64,000 nucleotides of DNA from an uncultured Planctomycetota bacterium (GTDB taxonomy: Bacteria > Planctomycetota > Planctomycetia > Isosphaerales > Isosphaeraceae): NCBI GenBank assembly GCA_963845755.1, contig CAWJTV010000022.1, positions 32,001 through 96,000 on the forward strand. Reading direction: 5' to 3'. Under the pieces are notes generated by a model that did no database searches, was not told the origin of the DNA, and was given only the letters and a program-made list of their open reading frames with translations. Numbering within the stretch: position 1 is the first letter of the stretch; the number at the start of each line of letters is the position of its first letter. The translations under genes were made by a program, and so were the position numbers. Below, piece after piece: positions 11,350 through 22,613 of this stretch.

Positions 11350-13208
11350 TGGTCTCCCCCTCCCGGAGGCCCTCCACCCCGTCCGCCACGGCCGCCGCCA
11401 AATCCGCCGCCGCCCTGGAAGTTCTTCATCCGTTCGAGCGTCTGCTGAATCTGGTCGTCGGGCATTCCCGCCTTCTTCAGGATGGCGGTCTTTTCCTCAT
11501 CGGTCCCGCTGAAGAACTTCTGCCGATCCGCCGGTGCCATCTTCTGGAAAATCGGGTTACCACCGCGACCGCCCTTACCCTTGGCCTTACCCGTGCCCTT
11601 GCCTTTGCCCTTGGCCGGGTCGCCGCCCTTGCCGGGTGCTCCGCCCTTGGCGTCCGGCCCGCCCTTGCCAGCTTCACCCGGGCCGCCGGGACCCCACTCC
11701 TTCTTGGATTCCTTCGACGCGCTGCGGAACGCCTCGCGCTTCTCGTCTTCGGACATCAGGGACATCGGGTTGAGCACCACGATGTCGCCTTCGTTGAGGC
11801 CCTTGTTGATCTGAACGAATTTCTCGTTGGTGGAACCTACCTCCACTTCAATGCTCTCGAACCGGTCGCCGACCTTCCGGGTCACGTGGTCCTTGCCATT
11901 GTACTGGAGAATCGCCTGGACCGGAACGCTCAAGATATTCTCGAGGCGATTGACCAGGATTTCCACCTGGGCGGTCATGCCCGGCCGGAGGCCCGAGAGG
12001 CCGTCGTCGATCTTGATGTGGGTCGTGTAGACCTTGATATCGGAGCTGAAGAAGTTCCCCGGATCGGGCAGGGGTGCGACATCCTGCACCGTGGCGTTGA
12101 GCACCTGGTCGGCGAAGGCATCGACGCGGACCAGCGACTTCATCCGAGGCGTGATCTTGTCGATCTGCGATTCGTGGACCTTGGCGTTGACCTGCATCTT
12201 GGTGATGTCGGGGATGCTGATGATCTTCTGGCGCTCGCGGACCGTGGCGCCTTCTTCGATCTGCGGCTGAGTGCTGCCGAAGCCACGCCCCGGGTCATTG
12301 AAGTAGACGACCAGGCCGTCGATCGGGGCGAAGAGCGTGCAACCGGCGATCTGCTTCTCGAGCTTGGCCTCCTTGCCCTTCTCCAGCTCCCAGGTCGCTT
12401 GCTTGGCCAGCTCGTCGGACTTGGCCTTCTCCACCTCGCTGACGAGCTCCTTGATGGTCTTGCCCTTGGTGTACTGGACCAGCACCTTCAACTTGCTCTG
12501 CGCCTGCTCGAACGAGAACTGGGACTTCTTGTAATTCAGCTCTTCCGAGACCTTCGTGGCCAGCGAGACGTAGCCCTTGTCGAACATCCGGCGGGCCCAG
12601 TCGAGCCGATCCTCGGATCGCGTCATGTCGGACTCGGCCAGCTTGATTTCCCCCTGGATGGATTCGAGCTCCTGCTTGAAGATGCCCTCGGTGTATTCGG
12701 TCACGGCGATCTCGGCCACCTCGCGAGTGAGCTTGGCGTTCTGGTAATTGGCCTTGGCGCTCTCGGTCGTGATCCGCTGGTTGACTAGTTGGTCCTTGAG
12801 CGACGCCGAGTCGAGCTCGCAGACCACATCGCCTTTCTTGACGCGGGTCCCCTCGGGCTTGATGTTGATGATCGTCGTCTGGCCCTCGACCATGCAGTAG
12901 ACGTCCATGTTGCTGGAGCTTTCCAGGCTGCCGCGCTCGACCACGGTGATGGGAAGTGGCCCGCGCCGCACGACGAAGGTGATGATGTCGCTGCTGCCGG
13001 GGCCGAAGAAGCCCTTGATGGGCTTGCTCACGGCCGGCACGGTGAATACGGCCACCGCGCCGGCTACCACCAGCATGACCAGGGTCAGCGCGATTACCTT
13101 ACCGGCCGAAAATCGCCGGCGCCGGGGCCGCTGAACCGGGGGCAGGTCCCTCGTGGCCGTCGGCGTGGCCGATGAGGGGGCCGTAGTATTGTCCAGGGAA
13201 AAGTTCAC
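11346..13208 (-). CDS. Efflux periplasmic adaptor (MacA/HlyD family)
   Basis: N-terminal TM, EGTRVKKGDVVCELD lipoyl half, long coiled coil, APIDGLV, LRPGMTA; Gly/Lys-rich tail. Start uncertain. Confidence 0.88.
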
Positions 13209-16200
13209 GGAAGGCCTCCCATTCGTCGTAAGGCAGGGTGCCGATATCACGATAAAAGATCAGACGGTATTGCTGGTAGTTTTCGTACGAGGTAATCAAG
13301 CCGATCTGCGAGCCGTACGAGGTCCGTTGAAAATTCAGCAGGTTTGTGGTCTGGGCCGCCGCATTGGCCGACTGGGCCAGTTGCTGCGACCCCCCCTGCG
13401 GCGGGGCGACGATCTGCTCGAACGCCTGGTCCTTGAGCCGAGTGTTCAGCTCGTAGTTCCGCTTGTTGATTTCATACTGGACGTAGTACGTGAACACGTT
13501 ACGCAAGTCGAACCTCAACTGGACCTTGAGGTTATCTTCCTGGTTCATGAGGGTGCGCCGCGCTCGCTGGTAGTTGATCAGGGCGCTGCGGAAGTTGTTC
13601 CGCTCGTTCATCCGGACCAGCGGCAGCTCGGCATTGAGCACCAGGCTGAAATTCTTGGCCTGGCTCAGGAAGGCCAAGGGGTTGGTTGTGTAAGGGCCGG
13701 TGTACACATTATTCACAACATTGATGTTGAGCACCCCCTTCAGGGTGTTGGCGACGACGCGGATCTGCCGCCAGGCGTCGTAGAGGGTGGCCCGGGCGTT
13801 CATCAGGTCGAGCCGGTATTCCAGGGCGATCCGGACCGCTGCCTGGAGCAAGTCCTCCAGTCCATCCTCATCCTCGGCCACGAAACCACCGCCCACCTTG
13901 CTGGCCCGATAGTTCCGGTAAATCCCCAGGACCGACCGCCCATCGAGATCGATGTCCTGAAGTCCCGGCAAGTTGCCGATGATCCCGGGGAGCTCGTCCA
14001 GGACCCGATCCGGCCGTTTCTGCCAGTCGTCCACGGCATCGAACACCTTGTAAAACGGTTCGCCCAGGAACTTCTGATCCATGATAATGGGAGTGTCCGG
14101 CGGCAGCCCCATCTGCATCTTGAACTGGTCCAGCGTGTTGCGGTAGGTGAGCTTGTCCGTGAATAGCTGCTGGCGGGCGCTGATCAAACTCGACATCGAT
14201 TGATCGACCTGGAGTTGCGACAACCCCGACGACTCGCCCTGGATCAACTCCTGATATAGTCTAACGACATTCTCGTAGAACACCACATTCCTTCGGTCGA
14301 TTTCGACCTGCACGACGTTGAACGCGGTGGGAATGTAGCCGAGGGTCGGATCGGTGTTGCCGGCGCCCGAGAACCCGGCCAGGCTGAAACCCTGGCCGAA
14401 GTTCTGGATCGAGCCGCCCGTCAAGGTCACGACGAAGAACTGCTGGCGGAACTGGGTAAAGGCGCGGACCGCATACAGGAGATTCCGTTCCTGCTCGGTC
14501 AGGGGTTCGAGGATGACGGCGCGACCGCCGCCCCGCAGCAACGGCTGGATGAAGCTGATCGGCAAGGCGGAGAGCACGGTCGGCTGCTGGGGGTTCTTGC
14601 CGGCGAAATTGAAGACCAGTTCGCTGGCGAACCCCATCAGGAGCTGGCCGCCGGAATTGAACAGTTTGCCAACGCCCGCGACCGTGCCCAGGTTCAGAGT
14701 CGAGACCTGGCCGGTGGGCGAGAACCGCGTCGCGTAGTTGAACGAGTTGGGATAGTTGAGGCCGCCCGCGAAGCCGCCGCCGCCGATCCCCCCGGTACCC
14801 GAACTGCCGGCTGCGCCGATCTGGGGGACGCCCGTCTGAGGCGACATGCCCGCGTAGAACTGGGGCTCGAAGGCAAACCGCTGGAGCGTCACCGGCAACG
14901 CGGCGACGTAGAGTTGCTCGAGTTGATACTGATAATACCGTCCGTTCATCAACGCCAGCAACCATGACTTCTGCATATCGATTTTATACGCCTTGAAGTC
15001 TTTGGGAAGGCCGGCGGCCTCGGATTCGTTCATCGGCGGTACGCTCGCGACCAGGATGTCGGCGAGTCCCTTGGCCTCGCCGGGCGCCAACTTGCCCACC
15101 TTCGCGATGGTCTCGCGATCGAGCAGTTGCTCGCCCGGGGCACCTGGGAGTGCCCGCATCCCGGGATCGAGCCCACCCGGCCGCAGGGGCTGACCCGGCG
15201 TCTGCAGGCCGCCGCCTGGCAACGTGGTGTCCGGGGGAACCTGGGACCCTGCGGGCGGAGGATTGCCCTGCACCCCGGCCGCGCCGCTGGCCGGAGGCAT
15301 GGCGGCCGGTTTTCCGGCGTCCTGAAACATAACCCGCGCGAGGGATCGATCCGGCACACCACTGGCCTCGACAGTTGGAGAGGCGACCAGGTTCGAGAAC
15401 GATCTCGGGGGCGGGATCATCGGTCTCGTGGCCCTGGGTTTACGATTCGATAAGGATATGGGCGTCGAACCGGGCCGGTTCGTCCCAGGATTTACGGTCC
15501 GGGGTGGGGGGATCGTGATTGGACGCGTTTCCGCCTCGACTGCGCCGGGCAACGGCTCGTCCTGGAGCCGGACCACCCGAACGACGGGTTCCGCTGGTCG
15601 GAGTGGATCGCGCGGTCGGCCGACGGCCGAAGCGCCGGGGCTACCCCCACCCGGTGAAGGCCCGGTGCCGGGTGTCCCGGGGCTTAACCGCGGCGGGTTT
15701 GGCGGGGGTGTCCCAGGGCTCAACCGCGGCCCGATCGTCGGGGGAGTTCCAGGGCTCAGCCGTGGGGGCGCGGAGCCCGGCCCGCCTCGCGCACCACCGG
15801 TCCCGAGCGGCCGCGGCGGAGTCCCCGTGCCGGCGGTGCTCGGGGAGACAGCGGCCGGCCCTCCCGCACCGGTGCCCGCCTCCGGCCCGATCACGGCGCC
15901 GGTAATGAAGGGGTTGGCCATTCCGGGGAAGGCCTCGAACGGTATGCCCGGGCGCGAGGCCGCGTCGGAGCTGGGTGAAACCGGAAAACCGCCCAGGCCC
16001 ATGTTCGGTGGGAGTCCGGTCACGGCCGGATCGGACGGGACTCGGTCCGGTGGGATGTTCTCGGCAACCAGATCCTGCCGCTGCCAGTAGTCGAGCAGGT
16101 CCCGATAGCCGGTCCCCTCCACAGGGACGATCAGCCGGTTGCTCGGCCACTGAGGGACCGGCGAGAGGGCCTCGGTCGCGACTTCATCGGGCGGGGCCGG

Positions 16201-16449
16201 GGGCGCATCCTGATCGTAGGGATCGGCGAACCGCGACAGCGCCGGGGGTTCGATCGAGAACACGTCCAGCCGCCAGCGCGGGTCGCGACTCTTTTCGAAG
16301 ATAACTTCGGAGACATCCTGGTTGCACCACTCCCGGTAGAATTCGCGGGTACAGCCGCTCTGGGCGGCGACCAGCAGGGCGGCAAGGATCGCCCCCCTTC
16401 CGACCGGGAGCACGGCGCCGCTGGATCTCGGACTCCTCCGTGTTCTCAT
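13099..16449 (-). CDS. Planctomycete TolC-like outer membrane efflux lipoprotein with a long Pro/Gly-rich insertion
   Basis: Lipobox SGC; LALMNGRYYQYQLEQLY, QPLLRGGG, RLDLMNARA, LPLVRMNERNNFR; sits upstream of the adaptor and ABC genes. Confidence 0.8.
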   Translation of the reverse strand: MRTRRSPRSSGAVLPVGRGAILAALLVAAQSGCTREFYREWCNQDVSEVIFEKSRDPRWRLDVFSIEPPALSRFADPYDQDAPPAPPDEVATEALSPVPQWPSNRLIVPVEGTGYRDLLDYWQRQDLVAENIPPDRVPSDPAVTGLPPNMGLGGFPVSPSSDAASRPGIPFEAFPGMANPFITGAVIGPEAGTGAGGPAAVSPSTAGTGTPPRPLGTGGARGGPGSAPPRLSPGTPPTIGPRLSPGTPPPNPPRLSPGTPGTGPSPGGGSPGASAVGRPRDPLRPAEPVVRVVRLQDEPLPGAVEAETRPITIPPPRTVNPGTNRPGSTPISLSNRKPRATRPMIPPPRSFSNLVASPTVEASGVPDRSLARVMFQDAGKPAAMPPASGAAGVQGNPPPAGSQVPPDTTLPGGGLQTPGQPLRPGGLDPGMRALPGAPGEQLLDRETIAKVGKLAPGEAKGLADILVASVPPMNESEAAGLPKDFKAYKIDMQKSWLLALMNGRYYQYQLEQLYVAALPVTLQRFAFEPQFYAGMSPQTGVPQIGAAGSSGTGGIGGGGFAGGLNYPNSFNYATRFSPTGQVSTLNLGTVAGVGKLFNSGGQLLMGFASELVFNFAGKNPQQPTVLSALPISFIQPLLRGGGRAVILEPLTEQERNLLYAVRAFTQFRQQFFVVTLTGGSIQNFGQGFSLAGFSGAGNTDPTLGYIPTAFNVVQVEIDRRNVVFYENVVRLYQELIQGESSGLSQLQVDQSMSSLISARQQLFTDKLTYRNTLDQFKMQMGLPPDTPIIMDQKFLGEPFYKVFDAVDDWQKRPDRVLDELPGIIGNLPGLQDIDLDGRSVLGIYRNYRASKVGGGFVAEDEDGLEDLLQAAVRIALEYRLDLMNARATLYDAWRQIRVVANTLKGVLNINVVNNVYTGPYTTNPLAFLSQAKNFSLVLNAELPLVRMNERNNFRSALINYQRARRTLMNQEDNLKVQLRFDLRNVFTYYVQYEINKRNYELNTRLKDQAFEQIVAPPQGGSQQLAQSANAAAQTTNLLNFQRTSYGSQIGLITSYENYQQYRLIFYRDIGTLPYDEWEAFRELFPGQYYGPLIGHADGHEGPAPGSAAPAPAIFGR

Positions 16450-17125
16450 GGATCTCGCCTCGACCCCATAATGGTCTGGCCGTGCGGCCGGCCCCGAGGG
16501 CTCGGATCGCTCGGCGATTAGGTAGTTTGGCTCTGACGTCCCGGCCCGGGAACGGACCGGGCTTTGGTTGGCTTCCCTTTCGGTCAGCCGATCCCCGATG
16601 GCGCCGCATCCCCGCGACGCACCATCGATTCAGGTACACCGTCTCGCGACCGCGGCCGTGAGGGCAACCGAGGGTTGCAGCCGCGCCACTCGGCAACCGG
16701 AGCCGTATCACTCATCTCCCGCACGGGCAAGGAGGTTACGTGGCGTCCCCTCGTCCTTTCCTCCGGGCGGCCCGCACGGTTCGTCGGCAGGGGAGGCCCT
16801 GTGGCCCGGAGGACCCGGAAGTAGGGTTCAGCGAAGTATATCGGGTCTATGGCTTGGATGAGTTGAACCCAAGGTTCGGGTCCGTCTCACGATGACGAAT
16901 CCACCAGTTAGGAATTCGGTGGAGTCGGCGGTGGTCACGGGCCGAAATTGCTGAGGTAACAACACACCCTTTGGCGGCGAACATGCGCCGGACCGGTCCG
17001 AGCGGGCCCCTGACAGGGTGGCTCTCGCGGGGATCGTTCTTTCGAGGGAAGCTCGCCGCGCGGGCGAGGTTTCATTTCGTCCGTAGGGCGGACGCGACTA
17101 TTGACCCGGGAGGAAGGAGTCTCCA

Positions 17126-19560
17126 ATGCTCTTAGGCAAGCGCCGACCTCGGATGTTGGACGCGCGGCATCGAGAACACGATGCCTATCGCCCGCGGGGC
17201 GAACAACTGGAAGACAGGCTCCTCCTGGCCATCGATCTGGGAGGGACCTCGCCGCCGGCCAATCCCATCATCGCGACGGCACCCTACGGTATGGATCTCG
17301 CCGGGACCACGCCGGGGGCGACCGCCGGCACCAGCGTGGCCGACGTCGGCTCTCTCCTCGGCAACAACTACGAGGACGTCGCCGTCGGGGCGCCAGCGGC
17401 GACCAGCTTGTACCCGTCCGGCGCGGTCTACGTGGCCTTCGGCTCGCAGCAAGTCACCGGGCCGGGCACGTCGACGCTCTCGAATTGGATCCAGACGGCC
17501 AATGGCGCTTTCGTTTATACTGCCAATGATCGCGTCGCCGACCTGGATCAACTCGACAAAACGACCCAGAACAACCCGATCTCGGGCACCACGCTCGGCT
17601 TCCCCTTCGCCGGCATCGTCTTCTTTGATTCGAACACGTCGATTACGGGCCTCGGCACTTCGGTCGCGGGAGCCAGTATCGGCGGCGGGAGGTATGCCCT
17701 GATCATCGGGGCCCCGAGCTCCAATGGCGGGACCGGCGCCGTCTTTGTCGTCACCGGCAATTTCCAGGGCGCCATGGGATCGGGAGCGCCGGTCGATCTC
17801 AACGCCCCCCCCTCGGGCCTGAACGTCATCGAATATTTTAGCACCGCCAGTCAGGGCAACGGCGGTCAATTGGGCGCGTCGGTTGCCGGAGGCCTCAACA
17901 TCCTGGGCGACGGCAATGGCGACGTCATCATGGGCGCTCCCCTGTCCGGCTTCGGCAACACGGCTAACACCGGCGTGGTCTATGTGCTCTCGACCGCGAC
18001 GTTGCCCGGCTCGACGACTACGGTCAACGTCAATACGATCGGCCAGAGCGGATCCAGTAGCGTGGTTATCGCGGGAGGCAGTACCGCCGATGCCGGCTTC
18101 AAGGCCGGCTTTTCGGTTGCGGATGCCGGCAACGTCAATGGGGTGGTTTCCGGCACCACCAACGTGGACGATCTCCTAATAGGCGCCCCGGCGCGGGGTC
18201 CGACGGCCAGGCCTATCTCGTTTACGGCGGTTCCAACCTGGCCGGCCTCTCCACCCCCACCCCCACGCCCACCGGGACCGTTCGCTTCATCCCCCTCGAC
18301 AATATTGGGGCCACCGGCACCGGCGCGGTCCCGGGGGCCGTCTTCGTCGGCACCTCCGGCTCCGGCGACAGCTTGACGGGCAACGCGGTCTCCTCAGCCG
18401 GCGATTACAATAGCAGCGGATTCGCCGGCATCCTGATTGGCTCTCCCGATTTCAGCAGTAGCTCGACGGTTCTCAACCAGGGCGAAGTCACCATGTTCTA
18501 TGGTGCCAAGAGCGGGACCACCGGCTATCTCACGGGCACGATCGACCTGGCCGCCCCCCCGACGAGTATCACGCCGGCCACCCTCCTCGGAGCCAATGCC
18601 GGGGATCTTGCGGGCTCCGCACTCTCGGTGGTCGGCGTCATCAACAGCGGCCAGGCCAACGAGATCCTCATCGGCGCCCCCGGGTTCAATTCCGGTGCCG
18701 GCACCGCCTACCTGCTCCCCGGTCAGAGCGGCCTCGTCGGGTCATTCACACTGGGCGTCACGGCGCAACTTTCCAGTGTCCAGTTCGGGCTATCCACGCC
18801 GGCTGTCCCCACCCCGACCCCCACCCCCACCCACTTTGGGGCCTCGGTAGGGGGCAGGCTGCAAACGACGACGAACACGATGGACACCGATAACGAGGGG
18901 GACTTCATCATCGGCGCCCCGGGCTATGATGCCAACCCGTCCGCGACTACGCCGTTCACCGGGGCCGGAGGCGCAATGGTCATCGAGGGCGGCCTGATCT
19001 CGGTCCCGATCCCCACCCCGACGCCGACCCCGACGCCGACCCCCACACCCACGCCGACGCCGACCCCGACGCCGACCCCCACCGTCTTCATCTCGTCGGT
19101 CCCCACCGGGCCGTTGCTCGAGACAACCTTCAACTCCCCCTTCGGCGCCACCCAGTACACGCCGAGCCTCTCCCAACTCTCGGCATTCAATTACGCGCCG
19201 ATCCCGTTGTCGGTGGCACTCCAGCAGTATCAGCCGACGCTCGGTTTCGCCGAGCGGCTATACGCCTATAACCACCCAGGTAGACACCTGAAGAATTTCA
19301 CGACCATCCGCGGGCCGGCGGCCACCGGCATCTTCGGTGAAAAGACGCCACGCTTGTTGATCACCAAGAAGGTGTACGACCGGAGCCGCTTCCACCCCGG
19401 GAAGTCGTATAAGTACACCCACAAGGCGCCGAAGATGGGCAGCGTGTACACCGGCGTGGTCCCGACCCAGTTGACGACGTCCAACGTCGCAAACACGCCG
19501 GGAGCCACCTATACGGATTCGAATCGGAACATCGGCTCGAAACCGAAACAAACGTACTAA
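17126..19560 (+). CDS. Secreted FG-GAP (integrin-alpha beta-propeller) repeat protein with (PT)n linkers (frameshift near 18195)
   Basis: EQLEDRLLLA motif; repeated D-x-x-IGAP and G-x-VY motifs; frames 17126 and 18373 join through SDGQAYLVYGG. Confidence 0.85.
19008..19083 (+). repeat. Intragenic (Pro-Thr)n hexamer repeat
   Basis: CCCACC/CCGACG tandem units encoding PTPTPT... Confidence 0.9.
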
Positions 19561-19651
19561 TCCTCAAGTCCTTGGGTCCTCAAATCCTCAAGTTCTTCCC
19601 GGGTCCGTACCGACCCGGAAGTGCGGTCCGAGGAGGTGAGGACTCAAGGGA

Positions 19652-21367
19652 CTAGACCGTCTCGGGGCCGAAGTCACGATCTGGGAGAGGCGGCGAGCGA
19701 GTCGTTCCAGGGCCGGGCTGCGGTCGTAGGGATCGAGGTGGACGTTCAGCAAGCTGTATCCGGACGCATTGTTGATGGCCGTGGCGCAGCGCGGCCTCGA
19801 GTTCGCCCACCGTCCGGACCTCGATCCCCAGGCCGCCGCCGATCACATCGGGAATCTTGTGATAAGCCCAGTCGCGGATATCGTTGAAGCTCCCTTCCAG
19901 GAGGAACCGTTCGGTCGTATATCCGTGATTGTTGAGGATCACCACGATGGGATTCAAACCATGCTCCGCGATCGTTGATAGCTCCATGCCCGTCATCTGA
20001 AAGGCGCCGTCGCCAACGATGACCAGGATCCGCGCTTCCGGGTTGGCCATGCTGGCCCCGACGGCCGCCGGGAGGCCGAACCCCATCGACGTATAGTAGG
20101 CCGGGCTCAAGAATTCGGTGTGGCGGTGCATCTCGAGGTCGGCCGCGCCGAAGAGGGAATCACCGATATCGGCGATCACGGTCATGTCGGTATATACGGC
20201 GAGCATCCGGTTGAGCCGCTCGAAGAGATTGAGCGAGGTCAAGGGCGATGTAGCCGCCGCGGCCACCGCGCCGGCGAACGGGTTGGGTCGCTTCGGGATC
20301 GGGGTCCGCACCACGTTCGGCCTATGGGCGATCAGTCCCCGGATGAAGTCGTCGAGCCGGACATCGCGATAGTGGTGATGGCGGATCCTCAGATCCTCGC
20401 TGGTCGCGTCGATGCACTTCGACGGATCGAGCTTGGCCGTCCAGATGCCCAGGTTGATGTCGGTCAGGAAGCAGCCGAGCATCAAGAGGCAGTCCGCCGA
20501 CTCCACCAGCTCGGTGACCTCAACACAACCCATGCCGCCTTCGTAGACGCCGGCAAACAGCGGATGGGCCTCCGAGATGACGCTCTTGCCCAGGATCGTG
20601 GTCGCGATGGGCATTCCGGTCGATTCGGCCAGGGCCAGCAGTTCGTCCTGGAGGCCGAAGCGATGGATCTCGACGTCGGCCAGGATCATGGGCTTGCGGG
20701 CGGCGGTCAGCAGCGCAGTCGCTTCGTCAATCGCCTCCCGCAGGGCATCGGGGTCGCTGGGTGGCAGGCCCTGGGGCGGACGATGCGGCTTGACCTGGCG
20801 GGCGTGAACCTGGTCTCGCGGAACCTCGATATACACCGGGCGCTTGTATCGCAAGGCGGCCTCCAGCACCCGGTCGATTTCGCTCAGCGCCGTCTCGGGA
20901 TGATCCAGCACGGTCGAGGCCACCGTGATCTTCTCGAAGACCTCGAACTGGGTCTCGAAGCCCTTGACCTTGTGGTGCAACAAGGGGTTGCGTGCCCGCT
21001 CCGAGAGCCCCGGCGAGCCGCCGATGACGATTACCGGCGATTTCTCCGCGTAGGCACCGGCGATGCTGTTGCAGGTGCTCAGGCCGCCGACGCAATACGT
21101 GACGCAGATGCAGCCCAGCCCGTGGATCCGGGCATAGGCATCGGCCGCGAATCCGGCATTGTCTTCGCGCGTCATGCCGACCAGTTTGATCGGACTCTCC
21201 TCGATCAGCTTGTACAGCCCAAGGATGTAATCGCCGGGGATGCCGAAAACATGCTCCACACCCAGGGCGCCGAGCCGGTCCACCAGGTACTGGCCGATGG
21301 TCGATATGGCCGGAGCGGTTGCCGCCTGTCCATCGCGGGTGACGGCGGCCGGAGAATCGCTCGACAT
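19652..21367 (-). CDS. ipdC: ThDP-dependent alpha-keto acid (indolepyruvate/phenylpyruvate) decarboxylase; C-terminal frameshift near 19790
   Basis: FGIPGDY, AADAYAR, GAYAEKSPV, LLHH, YYTSMGFG, GDGAFQMT...LNN. Confidence 0.85.
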   Translation of the reverse strand: MSSDSPAAVTRDGQAATAPAISTIGQYLVDRLGALGVEHVFGIPGDYILGLYKLIEESPIKLVGMTREDNAGFAADAYARIHGLGCICVTYCVGGLSTCNSIAGAYAEKSPVIVIGGSPGLSERARNPLLHHKVKGFETQFEVFEKITVASTVLDHPETALSEIDRVLEAALRYKRPVYIEVPRDQVHARQVKPHRPPQGLPPSDPDALREAIDEATALLTAARKPMILADVEIHRFGLQDELLALAESTGMPIATTILGKSVISEAHPLFAGVYEGGMGCVEVTELVESADCLLMLGCFLTDINLGIWTAKLDPSKCIDATSEDLRIRHHHYRDVRLDDFIRGLIAHRPNVVRTPIPKRPNPFAGAVAAAATSPLTSLNLFERLNRMLAVYTDMTVIADIGDSLFGAADLEMHRHTEFLSPAYYTSMGFGLPAAVGASMANPEARILVIVGDGAFQMTGMELSTIAEHGLNPIVVILNNHGYTTERFLLEGSFNDIRDWAYHKIPDVIGGGLGIEVRTVGELEAALRHGHQQCVRIQLAERPPRSLRPQPGPGTTRSPPLPDRDFGPETV

Positions 21368-21759
21368 CAGGAGTCTCCTTGATCGGAATCGAAGGGAGAG
21401 CACGGCCACGCCCCCACGGTACCCTCCCACCGGGTCAGCGGTCCACGGGCGTCGCGAGGCAGCGGGCCGCGATAGACGTAAACCCAGGCCGCGGTGTGTT
21501 TTCGCGTCGTCGTCCGGACGCGCTCATAGAGGCCTCCCTCATAGGCGTCCAATTGACGCAGCATTTCCGGGGAGAGCCCTCGACGGACATAGCCTTCCAC
21601 CCAGCCGGCCATGGGATCGCCCACGTCGATCAGGCCCGGATACGGCCCGAGGTCATAGAGCCGTCCTCGCACAGCATCAGGCTCCCACCCTTGCCGAACG
21701 GCCGACTCCGGATCACGTGGCATCAGCGTGCCATAGGTGAACAGCGCCGAGACCATCAC
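21367..21759 (-). CDS. Gamma-glutamylcyclotransferase (AIG2-like)
   Basis: LFTYGTLM, GRLYDLGPYPG, LDAYEG, AWVYVY. Confidence 0.9.
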   Translation of the reverse strand: MMVSALFTYGTLMPRDPESAVRQGWEPDAVRGRLYDLGPYPGLIDVGDPMAGWVEGYVRRGLSPEMLRQLDAYEGGLYERVRTTTRKHTAAWVYVYRGPLPRDARGPLTRWEGTVGAWPCSPFDSDQGDS

Positions 21760-21807
21760 CTCCCCATCCTCAGTACGATCGAGCGGGCGGAAACGACCGA
21801 ATCCTCC

Positions 21808-22120
21808 TTGATCATCATATCACGCCGGTACGGAGGACGTGGGGTGGGTCGAGCCGCACCGCGGCGCTGGCCCACCGACGCCAGGCCCCTCGTCCTACGG
21901 GCTACGGGCTTGATCATCAGATCACGCCGGCCGGGCAGACGTAGGGCGGGTCGAGCCGCCAAGCGGCGCTGGCCCACCGACGCCAGGCCGCTCGTCCCGG
22001 TGGGCCAGTGCCACGATTCGGAATCGCGGCTCGACCCACCCTACGGGCTACGGCCTTGATGATCGGCTCACGCCGGCATTCCGTGAGCCCGGCCCCTCGT
22101 CCCGGTGGGCCAGACGCCAC
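21808..22120. repeat. Tandem REP-containing units (GTAG-type)
   Basis: TTGAT-ATC...TCACGCCGG recurs at 21808, 21910 and 22056; GTAGGGCGGGTCGAGCCG pairs with CGGCTCGACCCACCCTAC; a related copy lies at ~49858-49898. Confidence 0.8.
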
Positions 22121-22379
22121 CCGGTCAGCCGCGGGCCCGCCGCAGCGCCCATTCCGAGACTTGATCGCGGCCCTGCGGGCCGAGCGCGAACGCCAGGGCT
22201 TGAGCCTCGCCGACCTTGCCGAACGAACGGGCATCGACCGAGCTGCCATTCACAAGCTGGAGATCGGGGTGAACACGAACCCGACCCTGGCCACGTTGTC
22301 GCGGTACGCCGGCGCCCTCGGTGCGCGGATCGAGTGGGATCTCAAAACCACGTCGGCCGTCGAACCCGCGAAGGCGTGA
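22008..22379 (+). CDS. XRE-family HTH protein (start uncertain, possibly 5'-truncated)
   Basis: LRAERERQGLSLADLAERTGIDRAAIHKLEIG-NPTLATLSRYAGALG. Confidence 0.8.
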   Translation: MPRFGIAARPTLRATALMIGSRRHSVSPAPRPGGPDATRSAAGPPQRPFRDLIAALRAERERQGLSLADLAERTGIDRAAIHKLEIGVNTNPTLATLSRYAGALGARIEWDLKTTSAVEPAKA

Positions 22380-22439
22380 TCAACGCGTGGAATTCGCCTC
22401 GGGTCGTCCCCCTCGAACGGCTCACAAGGAAATGATGAT

Positions 22440-22487
22440 CTGACACCGAGTTTTGCTCTGACACCGAGTTTTGCTCTGAGTTTTGCT
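22440..22487. repeat. Short direct repeat CTGACACCGAGTTTTGCT x2 plus a partial copy
   Basis: Seen directly in the sequence. Confidence 0.85.
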
Positions 22488-22613
22488 TCTAAGGGCTACG
22501 GGCTTGCCTGGGCTCGGACGGAGCCCCGCCCTCCCGGACAAAACGAAACGGCCCTGAGAGTGCGGCGGAACGCCTGGTGACGTCGGCTCCCGCGCGCTGA
22601 TGGAGGAGGTCTA

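Noticed and set aside
20120..21382. Long antisense ORFs (also 9171..10091, 10036..11073, 13153..14166, 55329..56372)
   Set aside because: Typical antisense shadows of real genes in high-GC DNA.
21808..22120. Possible CRISPR array
   Set aside because: Units are irregular (102 and 146 bp), the 'spacers' resemble each other and are palindromic REP sequences, and there are no cas genes.
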